From a virus (lineage: Duplodnaviria > Caudoviricetes), in the IMG/VR virus record IMGVR_UViG_3300037044_000216, positions 1-42,202 of that record: a DNA stretch of 42,202 nt, one strand, 5' to 3'. The position numbers and the translations under genes were made by a program. The number at the start of each line of letters is the position of its first letter. The first letter of the stretch is position 1. Positions 18,867 to 27,804 of the stretch are shown piece by piece. The notes under the pieces are model-generated. The model was not told where the DNA came from, did no database searches, and saw only the letters and a program-made list of their open reading frames with translations.

Positions 18867-20213
18867 ATGCTCAAAGCATTGTTTATACTTTTGCTTCCAT
18901 TGTTGGTCTTGTCCGAAGACAAGATCCACCTCGGGACCATTTCAAGCCTGACCTGGCAGAGCAGCGGGGCCAACTATGTCGCCTCCTGGGGAACAACGGA
19001 TCCGGGCCCGCAGCCCATCCTATGGTACAAGCTGGACGAAAACGCGCAGAATTACACCATCGCAGATTCAATGGGAACGGCATCGGGCAATACAGCCGCC
19101 AACTACACCGAGGATCTTCACACCAGCGGGCCCAATAACACTTCGGCGCTCTTTTTTGGTGGATATGATTATATCAGCGTCTATGCGCCGCACCCGGCCG
19201 AGTTCGACGGCACTAAACCTTTTAGCGTCACTTTTTGGGTAAAGTATCGTGTAACCGAAGAAAACCCGTTTCTTGTTGGCGTCGGCGCGCCAAACACGCA
19301 CTATGTCAAAGGGTGGGGCGCGCATTTATATGGCGGAAACATTTATTTTACAATTAATGCCGGCAGCTATTTTCAGGAGAACGAGATACAAAGCCGGGCC
19401 AACGGACTCGGGTTTGACTATACGGAAGACACCTGGGCCTTTGTCTGTGTCGCTTATGACGGCACGCGGAGTGCCTACGGAATTAAGTTTTATATTAATG
19501 GCGACACACAGAACAGCTATTACGGCAACGATTCAGACACGCTCACGCGAAGCGCAAAAGGCGACGAATACAGGGCGCTTACGATAGCAAACAACACGCA
19601 CTCCACCTCTCCTTTTAGCGGGGCCCTTTCCGATATCCGGATTTTTGATTTTGAGTTGAATGGACTCCAGGCTCAAGATGTTTTTATGGGGCGGCCGCTA
19701 TCCCCGACAACAACGACCGCGCCGGAGTGGATTGAACTTTTTTTCGATCCGTTTTCAACCTATCCAGGGGACTATCAGGCGGATGGCGTGTACGCTGAGT
19801 TTTACGCCGAAAGCTATAATCCGGCTGGCATGTTTTCCCCGTTCCCTATGGTATATACAACGGGGCCTTATCAGTCCGAGGGGTGGCGTTATGGATATGA
19901 TCTCTACTACAACGGCGGACCACTCCCACCAGATCAGGCGATGCTTACCGCGTCATGGTATTACGTTGAGCCCCCTCCAACCGTCACCATCTATTTTGAT
20001 GTTTCGACTTACCCGGGTGATCCGAGCAATGTGTATCTCGAATACAGTTCAAATAATTACGCAATCGGCGACACATTCGAGAGCATGCCCTATGTGTATG
20101 ATCCGACAGAATACGCCTATTTTAGCTACTGGCGGGATGAAAACTGGACCTCATACGACTCAATGGCAACAGTCCCCAGCGCGTCAACAACTCTTTACGC
20201 GGTATGGTTCTAA
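18867..20213 (+). CDS. Signal-peptide-bearing LamG/concanavalin-like protein with two InlB-B-like repeats
   Basis: WYKLDE, FSVTFWVK, W.FV...YDG....KFYING, F.G.LSDIRIF; C-terminal repeats FD.(F)STYPGD...W...LTASW / LYAVW. Confidence 0.8.
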   Translation: MLKALFILLLPLLVLSEDKIHLGTISSLTWQSSGANYVASWGTTDPGPQPILWYKLDENAQNYTIADSMGTASGNTAANYTEDLHTSGPNNTSALFFGGYDYISVYAPHPAEFDGTKPFSVTFWVKYRVTEENPFLVGVGAPNTHYVKGWGAHLYGGNIYFTINAGSYFQENEIQSRANGLGFDYTEDTWAFVCVAYDGTRSAYGIKFYINGDTQNSYYGNDSDTLTRSAKGDEYRALTIANNTHSTSPFSGALSDIRIFDFELNGLQAQDVFMGRPLSPTTTTAPEWIELFFDPFSTYPGDYQADGVYAEFYAESYNPAGMFSPFPMVYTTGPYQSEGWRYGYDLYYNGGPLPPDQAMLTASWYYVEPPPTVTIYFDVSTYPGDPSNVYLEYSSNNYAIGDTFESMPYVYDPTEYAYFSYWRDENWTSYDSMATVPSASTTLYAVWF

Positions 20214-20235
20214 CACAAACACAGAGGAGAGAAAA

Positions 20236-20742
20236 ATGAAGAGACTAGCTACACTACTGGCAATCGGTTTTGCTTTAACGATCCAAGCACAGTCATGGAC
20301 GGTGGCCACACCACCGGAAGAAGTCACCATCGACGGCCTGCGGGTCGATTTTATCGGCCTCACTGTCGAGACGAACATGACAGCACGGGGGATCCTGGTT
20401 TTCTCCAAGACAAGTGGGAGCAATATGGTTTCGCGCGTGACCCTCCCGCTTTCTCCTGGGGCCGTCAGTAACATCCTCGCCACCTGCGGGACCACGCTGC
20501 CGCAGCTCGGGGGGCTTCTTTTGGGGCTTGGGGGGCTCACGCCTGGCAAAGACTTTGTCCGGAGTGCAGCCATAGCCGTAGATTCGCGCACAGGGAAAGC
20601 CACCGTCAGAGTGACGACGATGACCAACCAGCAAAGGATAATCCCGGAAGACACGGTCAACGGGGCCATGATGCAGGCAGGGGGCGGGGTCGAGATATTC
20701 CAGAGAGCCTTTCTCGACCACGTAAAGAAAAACATCAAATAG
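20236..20742 (+). CDS. Signal-peptide-bearing hypothetical protein
   Basis: GAGGAG RBS, ATG 20236; MKRLATLLAIGFALTIQA|QSW. Confidence 0.75.
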   Translation: MKRLATLLAIGFALTIQAQSWTVATPPEEVTIDGLRVDFIGLTVETNMTARGILVFSKTSGSNMVSRVTLPLSPGAVSNILATCGTTLPQLGGLLLGLGGLTPGKDFVRSAAIAVDSRTGKATVRVTTMTNQQRIIPEDTVNGAMMQAGGGVEIFQRAFLDHVKKNIK

Positions 20743-20787
20743 CCCAGTTTTGCACCTTAATTGAAACCCGCCGAGGAGACACCTGCC

Positions 20788-21054
20788 ATGGCTAAAAGCG
20801 TAAGCGATGTTATTTTGGAAGAGGTCCGGGCGATCCGGGACAAGCTTGACCGGATCGCGGAGCACGGCTGTAGCAAATCAGAGCAGCACTCCACCAGCGC
20901 AAAGAACCAAGGGGAGATTTTCAGGCGCATCAATAATCTTGAAGTTTCCCAAGCCGAGGGCCGCGTCAAGCTTGCGATCTTTGTGGCCTTGTCCAGCGCA
21001 GCCGCGAGCGCCTTTATCACCCTGGGGATTTCGTATATCACCAAGCGGATGTAA
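20788..21054 (+). CDS. Coiled-coil protein with C-terminal TM helix (XhlA-like architecture)
   Basis: GAGGAG RBS, ATG 20788; RINNLE followed by a hydrophobic helix; precedes the holin. Confidence 0.6.
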   Translation: MAKSVSDVILEEVRAIRDKLDRIAEHGCSKSEQHSTSAKNQGEIFRRINNLEVSQAEGRVKLAIFVALSSAAASAFITLGISYITKRM

Positions 21055-21096
21055 GAAGCAATCTCACAAACAACAAACCAAAGGAGTAACACACAC

Positions 21097-21435
21097 ATGA
21101 GCGACATGCTAATCAAATTGCTCTCGACGGAAGCGGTAATTGCGCTGATCGTCGGGGCTTTTATTACTTACCTGGTCAAATGGTTGGCCAGCAAAGACGC
21201 TGCAAAATTCAAGGCATACGAGGGCTATGCCATCACGGCCATCAAAGCGGCTGAGAAGGCCATCCCGGACAACAGCGAAAATAAAGGCCTCAACCGCCTG
21301 AATTTTGCGCTTACCGTCTTTCTCGAGAAGTACGAGAAGGCGACCGGGACCAAGGCGAACCCGGCTGAGGTGTCAAAGATCGAAGCATGGATCTCACAGA
21401 TCCACGCGATCCTGGAAGAGTCAGGCATCATCTAA
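21097..21435 (+). CDS. Holin, LL-H-like
   Basis: N-terminal TM helix, then AIKAAEK.....G..R..FA...IEA pattern; AAGGAG RBS. Confidence 0.65.
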   Translation: MSDMLIKLLSTEAVIALIVGAFITYLVKWLASKDAAKFKAYEGYAITAIKAAEKAIPDNSENKGLNRLNFALTVFLEKYEKATGTKANPAEVSKIEAWISQIHAILEESGII

Positions 21436-21444
21436 GGGGGATTT

Positions 21445-21975
21445 ATGAAAGAACCTACCAAAGACAAGATGAAAAGGAAAAAAGTGGTTATGAAAGCAAA
21501 AAAGCAAATCATTGTTGCGAAGGTTAAGGGGCTGGCACCAGCGGCCACAGCCGTTCTGATGCTCCTGGCTGCCCTTCTGTTTGCCGGATGTCAGGACTTG
21601 AATCCGGCCAGCCGGAGTAACCACGCGCAATATCGGGATGTCGCCCCTAGTATTGTCGTCAACGGCAGCAGCAATGTTGTCACTGTGACCAACTCAGTCG
21701 GCGACGGTGTCATTGCCAGCGCAGACGGCGGTGGCGACGCGATGACAAATACCCCCTCGCAGACAACCGATGTCAAACCGGAAGTCGCGGTCGGCGTCGG
21801 CGGCGGATCCGCAGGCACCGGAGCCGGAAGCCAGGAGGCCGGGCTGACAACTCAGATCATGTCGGCTCTTAAGGGGCTAGGAGGGCTAATCAATCCGACC
21901 AACGAGAAGACCGTCGCAGCAGCCGTCGAGGCTGCATGCGTTGGTGGGAATTGCGCACCGACACCGACCAAGTAG
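21445..21975 (+). CDS. Lipoprotein (possible spanin-like)
   Basis: Basic N-terminus, hydrophobic stretch, LFAG|C lipobox; Gly-rich; follows the holin. Confidence 0.65.
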   Translation: MKEPTKDKMKRKKVVMKAKKQIIVAKVKGLAPAATAVLMLLAALLFAGCQDLNPASRSNHAQYRDVAPSIVVNGSSNVVTVTNSVGDGVIASADGGGDAMTNTPSQTTDVKPEVAVGVGGGSAGTGAGSQEAGLTTQIMSALKGLGGLINPTNEKTVAAAVEAACVGGNCAPTPTK

Positions 21976-21987
21976 GAGGGCACGACA

Positions 21988-22569
21988 ATGACCGACATCG
22001 ACATTTGCAACATGGCGCTTTCCGTCCTGGGCCACGAGCGCCCGATCACGGCGCTCACCGATCAGACCAAAGAGGGCAAGCTTTGCGCCTTGTGGTATGC
22101 ACAGGCCCGCAAGCACGTCCTTTTGGCCGCTGACTGGGCCGGACTCACGCGAACCAGCGGAGTTGTTGCGGGTGTCGATGACGGCAGCGGCCGCCTCTTC
22201 GCCTACAACCAGCAGTTTAAAGGCGACGTCCTCAGGCTGAGGGCGCAGACACCGGACGGCGAACCCGCAGAGATCGACGTCGCCGACAACGCGATCCTGT
22301 CTGAAGAGCCGGAGCTTGTATTCTTTTGCGGCTATGACAGCGAGGATCCGGACGAATGGCCGCAAGGCGTTTCGGACGCGGTTGTCTGCGAGCTGGCCGC
22401 GCGGATGGCCCTCTCGCTGACAGGGCAGGCAGACACCGCCACTTATACAAAGGGGCTGGCAAGGGAAGCCCTCTCCATGGCGCGCGCACTTAATGCGAAC
22501 ATGACGCGCCGTCAGGGTGTCGGCAACCCCTATTTGAAGGCCCGGCTTTCCGGGGACGAGGAAGCATGA
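21988..22569 (+). CDS. Tail tubular protein A / adaptor (T7 gp11-like position)
   Basis: DICNMAL..LG...I, Y...R..VL....W, ELA.R.A..LT; AGGAGG RBS. Confidence 0.85.
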   Translation: MTDIDICNMALSVLGHERPITALTDQTKEGKLCALWYAQARKHVLLAADWAGLTRTSGVVAGVDDGSGRLFAYNQQFKGDVLRLRAQTPDGEPAEIDVADNAILSEEPELVFFCGYDSEDPDEWPQGVSDAVVCELAARMALSLTGQADTATYTKGLAREALSMARALNANMTRRQGVGNPYLKARLSGDEEA

Positions 22570-24737
22570 AACAAGTTAAGCAAAGCTTTGCCGCTGGGGA
22601 GCTCGCGCCGGAGCTGCACATGCGATCCGACCTGAATCCCTACCAGAAGGGCGCGGCCCTCCTGAAAAACGTGGTCGTGCGCCGGACCGGATCCGCCGCG
22701 AAACGGCCAGGCACAGACGCGATCAGCGCAGGCGACATCACCATCGAGGAGGTGACGACGCATTTCGGATCAGGGAAGAGCGTCCGGCTGTTTTCGTTCT
22801 ACTACGACAAGGATCTCTCGTTCGCGCTGTTGGTGACATATACGCACGTCCGAGTCTTCCAGGCGTCGCCGCTCTTCCAGTTTGACCGCGACTTCACCTG
22901 GAGTGGTTGGAGCGACGAGAACGTCGCAGCCATGCGCGCGCGCCAAGTAGGGGATACGCTCTTTTGTACGACACCCGGCAAGACGCCTATCCGCATGATC
23001 CGGCAAGCGTCAAACGGATCCTGGACAGTGGCCGCCGAGCAGGTTGAAGCGCCTCCGGCTTATACAGTGGCCGCCTCCAGCATCACGCTGACACGCGCAG
23101 GCTGGACAAACTACACCTACAGCGAAGACAAAGACAAAACTGTTTACTATGCAATCTACGCCCAAAACGAAGCAGGCCAGCGGACGAAACTTTTAGAGGG
23201 GAAAGGCATCACCGTCCGCAAAGTATGGGAGGCCGGGGCTTCCATCCGCGTCTACATTGTAAAGGCGGACATCCCGGCGGGTGCAGTCAGCGACACCTGG
23301 ATACTCTGCAAGAAATACGGCGGGGCCTATGGCGAGATTGGCTCGCGCGAGATCACGACCGAGGACAGGACAGGAAGCGGCAGCATCATGCTGTTTGAAG
23401 ACGACTATATCATACCTGACACGGTCATTGGAAAGCAGACTAACATCCGGGAGGGGGACGACGCAGGCGGCTACGCCATCACTGACGTCTATCAGCAGCG
23501 ACAGGTTTTGACCGGGAACACGGGCGCGCCCTGGTCGCTTTGGTTTTCAAGGCTGGCAGACCTTTATACCTGGACAGCCAACAGGCCTACAGACGACATG
23601 GATCCTTTTAGGGCCACGATCCCGGCGATCCGGGCCTCAGATATCCGGCACATGCTTTCCGGCCAAAAGCTCCTCCTGTTGACCACGGATGGCGTTTATG
23701 CAGTCCACTCCGGCACAGATGGATTTTCGCCAAGGACATGCCGTATTGAAAAAGTCAACCCCACGGGCGTCGGCGCAGCGATGCCGCTCGACACCGGGGC
23801 CGCCGTCCTCTTTGTCGCGGATGATGACCGGACGCTTTTTGAAATGCGCTACAGCTTTGCGGACAACGCTCATGTAGCTGTTGACCGGAGCGTCCTTTCG
23901 CGCCACCTGACTAACGCGGCGCGAATCACACGCACAGCTTGGCAGGCTTATCCGGACGGCCTGCTCTGGGCCCTGCTCGACGACGGGACGCTGTTGTCGT
24001 TTACATATCTACCGGAGCACGAGGTTTACGGCTGGACGCGGCACGAGCTTAAATGTCCGGATTTAGGGAATAGCGTTCATCTCGTTGACATCGTCTCAAC
24101 CGGATCCGTATTGCCAAGCTTTTCCGGATGGCCGCTTACACACCTGGAAAGCACTACAGCCGTCATATTCCTTGCACAGACAGTTGAACCGGATCCCAAA
24201 TATACGTTGTTGCGGATGCGCCAACCAGGAATCAGCCAAGCCCCTTGTATCGATTTTTATAAAAATCAAAACATGGTCAGCGGAGACTATCTCTATTTGA
24301 CAGTAAAAGCAGGCACCGTGTGGCGGGTGAATCAGGGGGCATGGACCACAATCGAGACAGACGGAACAACAACAATAATGTTCAGTTATACAGGGAACTA
24401 TTTTGTAGAGTGGGGCACACCCGTCGCGGCCACCGTCGAAACACTGAAGCCGGAAGCGCAGGACGCCTCCACGCAGGCCAAGAGAAAGCGCGTTGTTTCG
24501 GTTGTGATCCGGACGCTGCAGACTGGACGTTTTACCGTCTCCGATGCAAACCAAGACGATCCGCTTTTTAAAACAGAGGACACGGGTGCCCCGGAAGAAA
24601 CAACCAAGGCGCACGACGTTAAGCTGCCGCCGATCTCCGGCTGGGACTGGGACGGCCGTATCCGCATCGAAAGCAACACGCCGGATCCTTTCCAACTGTT
24701 GGGCGTTGTAACCGACTTTGAACTTGAGAGCAGATAA
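22566..24737 (+). CDS. Tail tubular protein B / nozzle (T7 gp12-like position)
   Basis: SF.AGEL.P....R.DL..Y..G...L.N......G...RPG; YQQR, WFSR, W..H motifs. Confidence 0.88.
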   Translation: MKQVKQSFAAGELAPELHMRSDLNPYQKGAALLKNVVVRRTGSAAKRPGTDAISAGDITIEEVTTHFGSGKSVRLFSFYYDKDLSFALLVTYTHVRVFQASPLFQFDRDFTWSGWSDENVAAMRARQVGDTLFCTTPGKTPIRMIRQASNGSWTVAAEQVEAPPAYTVAASSITLTRAGWTNYTYSEDKDKTVYYAIYAQNEAGQRTKLLEGKGITVRKVWEAGASIRVYIVKADIPAGAVSDTWILCKKYGGAYGEIGSREITTEDRTGSGSIMLFEDDYIIPDTVIGKQTNIREGDDAGGYAITDVYQQRQVLTGNTGAPWSLWFSRLADLYTWTANRPTDDMDPFRATIPAIRASDIRHMLSGQKLLLLTTDGVYAVHSGTDGFSPRTCRIEKVNPTGVGAAMPLDTGAAVLFVADDDRTLFEMRYSFADNAHVAVDRSVLSRHLTNAARITRTAWQAYPDGLLWALLDDGTLLSFTYLPEHEVYGWTRHELKCPDLGNSVHLVDIVSTGSVLPSFSGWPLTHLESTTAVIFLAQTVEPDPKYTLLRMRQPGISQAPCIDFYKNQNMVSGDYLYLTVKAGTVWRVNQGAWTTIETDGTTTIMFSYTGNYFVEWGTPVAATVETLKPEAQDASTQAKRKRVVSVVIRTLQTGRFTVSDANQDDPLFKTEDTGAPEETTKAHDVKLPPISGWDWDGRIRIESNTPDPFQLLGVVTDFELESR

Positions 24738-25243
24738 TGAAGACATGGACCACAGAGATCCGCAGGACGGTGCCGCGCCTTGTCAAGGCGTTCACAGCGC
24801 GCTTGCGCGAAAGCGATCGACGCGAAGCCCTGGGCATGACTGGGGCCTTCGGTGAGAGTCTTTCGCGCATGATGATAACAGACATCGGAGAGGCGCAAGC
24901 AGCTGGCGGAAAGACCTGGTTCATGTGGCTCGGGAACAAGCCAGTAGCTATTTGCGGGATACTACCAGATTCATTGACGGCGACATCCGCGACCATTTGG
25001 ATGCTGGCGACGAAAGAGGTCGAGCAGCATCCCCTCGCTTTCGCACGCTGGACGCGGAAATATTTCCTGGAGGCCAAGACGCACTTTCCACACATCACGA
25101 CCTTTCACAACTATGCGCCGATCCAGGACACGCAGCTCACAAGCTGGCTGCAGTGGTTAGGCGCAACGATGCGGACCAGCGACACTTTTGTCTCACCCTT
25201 CACAGGAGAGACCTTTACAAACTTTAAAATCTCAGGAGGTTAA
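24737..25243 (+). CDS. T7 gp13-like GNAT-fold protein
   Basis: LR.SD..E, IWML.T, N........WL.WLG; follows tail tube B. Confidence 0.75.
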   Translation: MKTWTTEIRRTVPRLVKAFTARLRESDRREALGMTGAFGESLSRMMITDIGEAQAAGGKTWFMWLGNKPVAICGILPDSLTATSATIWMLATKEVEQHPLAFARWTRKYFLEAKTHFPHITTFHNYAPIQDTQLTSWLQWLGATMRTSDTFVSPFTGETFTNFKISGG

Positions 25244-25245
25244 AC

Positions 25246-25767
25246 ATGTGCTACATGGCGATTGGTCAGGCGGTCATGGGCGGGACCATGTCAACAGTCG
25301 GGGCATGGGCCTCAGTCAAGCAATCCAAGCAGAACATGCGTTATCAAAACGCGATCCTCAAAAACCAAGCCAGCATGGAAACATCGCGGGCCAACGTGGC
25401 AGAACAAAACGCGGTAATCCAGCGGCAGCGGCTCGCCCAGCAGAGGCGCCAGGAAAAAGCCGAAGGCATGACCGATTTTGCGGCAAACGGGTTGCTTCTC
25501 GACGGATCGACGACGGACGCGCCGAATATTTGGGAACAAGACTTTGCGGCCGAAACAGCTTGGCGACAGGAGGAGATCCGCTCGAACGCCCTTTATGAGA
25601 TTTGGGGACACAACGAAAACGCCAAGGCATTACTCGCCCAGCGCGGAATTAACAAAAAGAATTTCCAATACAACACCCTGGCCACGGTGGCACAAAACGC
25701 CTCAGCCAATTCAAGCGCGGCATCGAGCAGCATGGGCAGCATGGGCAGTATGATGTCGAGCCAATAG
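25246..25767 (+). CDS. Internal virion (ejection) protein, gp14-like
   Basis: MC start, Gly/Ala-rich N-terminus, Gln-rich coil, AANG....GS motif; AGGAGG RBS. Confidence 0.75.
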   Translation: MCYMAIGQAVMGGTMSTVGAWASVKQSKQNMRYQNAILKNQASMETSRANVAEQNAVIQRQRLAQQRRQEKAEGMTDFAANGLLLDGSTTDAPNIWEQDFAAETAWRQEEIRSNALYEIWGHNENAKALLAQRGINKKNFQYNTLATVAQNASANSSAASSSMGSMGSMMSSQ

Positions 25768-25782
25768 AAAGGAACGAATTTT

Positions 25783-27804
25783 ATGCCAAAAGTCCCCGGA
25801 GTAGCGACAAAAGGTTTTAACGGCTCGCAGATTCCGCACATCCAGAGCGTCGATGTTTCGATATTGGAGGCCTCTTCCGCCCGTGCGGGCCGCGCGCTTG
25901 CGGATATGGGCCGATCCATGGCAGGAACCATGGGAGAGGCGTCAGATCTGGCACAGATTTCCCAGCAACGCCAAGACCGGGACACACTCAAGGACGCCCA
26001 GGCCGATTGGGAGGTTACGCGCAACCAGAGCGAAATCGGCCACACAGCCGAGGACGGCACCGTCGTCAAAGGGATCGGGGATTTTGACGTCGGGGATCCG
26101 GAACGCACACAGGCATGGAAACAGGTTATCACGAAATGGCGCGACAATCCGGATGGGCCCTACGCGAAACTGTCGCCGAGCGCGCTCAAAGAGTTTGACC
26201 GCTTCTTCATGGTCGAGTCCGGACGGATCATGGCCCACGCATCCCGGCAAGACGTCGCCACCAAGGACCGGATCCGGCAGCAGACAGACCTCGCCGGGCT
26301 CGAAGCAGCCGAGCGCAACCTCCAGAGCTACGTCTACGAGGATGATCTTTTCGCGGATGCAGCCGACGACTACGCGGACCGGGCTGCCCGCCTGAAGGCC
26401 GGGCGGATGATTGTCAATCCAGAAGAAGAGGACAGCTCCAAATTGCAATTCCGTGACGACGTGAAGAACGAAGACGGAACCGTCACCGGAAATACGCGCA
26501 CCCTCTTTGGTGCAGCACGCGGCGAAGCCCTGGACAAGATCCGGCACAACGGGGCTCGCACCATCGCGGATGGCGTCTTTGAGGCCGAGCACGAAAGCAC
26601 CGCCCTTTATAGGATCGGGATGGCGACCGACCTGGCCGACCTCCTCCCGCCTCACCTGAAGACTGACGCCCTGTCAGCCCTGGAGAACGCCAAGACAAAG
26701 CGGATCAATAATATTTTCGGGGCGGCGATCGCAACCAGCGACCTCGACGAACAGGAGCGCCTTGTCGCTCAGGCCGAGCGGACCGCCAAAGAGTACAAGG
26801 TCGGCGATAAAACACTCGGGGCGGTCACTGAGGACGCAAAAGCCATCCGGGCCGCAGCTTTGAAAGAGGAGAAGGCAATCGCATACGAAGCCCTTGCCCT
26901 GTCGAAACCCTATGAGCCTGGCACAAATGAACGCCGGATAGCCGCGCTGAAATGGGCGCAGCCGAAGATTGAAGCGGCCAGGCGCGCGGAGGCCGCCCGG
27001 AGTCTCACAGGTAACAAAGAATTTATCGCCGGGATGATCGGTTCGGGCGCGTGGGTCAGCCCCCAGGGCGAACTCGTCGCGGTCACGACCGAAGAGCGGC
27101 GCAGCATCCTCAGGGCCCAGCTGGCAGCCGGAAACATCCGGATCGAGGACTACAAGGCGGAAAAAGACAAACTCGACAAGCTTGAGCAATCCGGGAAGAA
27201 GGAGCAGCACGAGAAGACAGCCGCCGACGTGTGCGCCGCCCTGGGGACCGAAATCAAGACACTCTGGAAAGATCCTGTCGCGGTCCTGGACGAAAAAGAG
27301 GATCCTAAAAAATGGGTCGCCCACGCGACAACCGAGACGGTCAGGCGTGAACTGATTGACGAAACTGAAACCGTTGGACAAAAGAGCGTATATACAGGCG
27401 TCGGTTTTATCAGCCAGCCGGATACAAGATTAACCGGGCGCAAGAAAGAGATACAAACCGTCATCAAAAAGAAACGCGACCTTTTGGCTAGCGACGTCCC
27501 GAAGCTCATAAACCTTCTTATGGCAGCAGACTCAGCGGACGGCATCCTGCTCGATCTCGACGGCAATCCGATGACACAGCCGACGCGGATGGATGCGCGG
27601 GCCTACAAGGCCACGTTACTCGCTGACGTCAAAAAACGTCAACTGTCGATCGATATCGACGCGCAAGCAGCAGTCCTTTACGGAGCACTTTCAGCGCGCG
27701 CCCGGGACAACAGAATACTTGAGGTGAGCGCCATACTTGAAAACGCAAAATTAAGACTCCCCACAGAGGAGCGAGACACCCCGGAGGAAGAGAATGACTA
27801 TTAA
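25783..27804 (+). CDS. Internal virion (ejection) protein, gp15-like position
   Basis: 673 aa, helical; MPKVP start; lies between gp14-like gene and the giant protein. Confidence 0.68.
   Translation: MPKVPGVATKGFNGSQIPHIQSVDVSILEASSARAGRALADMGRSMAGTMGEASDLAQISQQRQDRDTLKDAQADWEVTRNQSEIGHTAEDGTVVKGIGDFDVGDPERTQAWKQVITKWRDNPDGPYAKLSPSALKEFDRFFMVESGRIMAHASRQDVATKDRIRQQTDLAGLEAAERNLQSYVYEDDLFADAADDYADRAARLKAGRMIVNPEEEDSSKLQFRDDVKNEDGTVTGNTRTLFGAARGEALDKIRHNGARTIADGVFEAEHESTALYRIGMATDLADLLPPHLKTDALSALENAKTKRINNIFGAAIATSDLDEQERLVAQAERTAKEYKVGDKTLGAVTEDAKAIRAAALKEEKAIAYEALALSKPYEPGTNERRIAALKWAQPKIEAARRAEAARSLTGNKEFIAGMIGSGAWVSPQGELVAVTTEERRSILRAQLAAGNIRIEDYKAEKDKLDKLEQSGKKEQHEKTAADVCAALGTEIKTLWKDPVAVLDEKEDPKKWVAHATTETVRRELIDETETVGQKSVYTGVGFISQPDTRLTGRKKEIQTVIKKKRDLLASDVPKLINLLMAADSADGILLDLDGNPMTQPTRMDARAYKATLLADVKKRQLSIDIDAQAAVLYGALSARARDNRILEVSAILENAKLRLPTEERDTPEEENDY

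Noticed and set aside
18867-20213. Diversity-generating retroelement
   Set aside because: No reverse transcriptase and no TR/VR pair visible in the window.
19660-20235. N-terminal extension making a 360-aa ORF
   Set aside because: Overlaps the LamG gene out of frame; RBS and signal peptide support the start at 20236.
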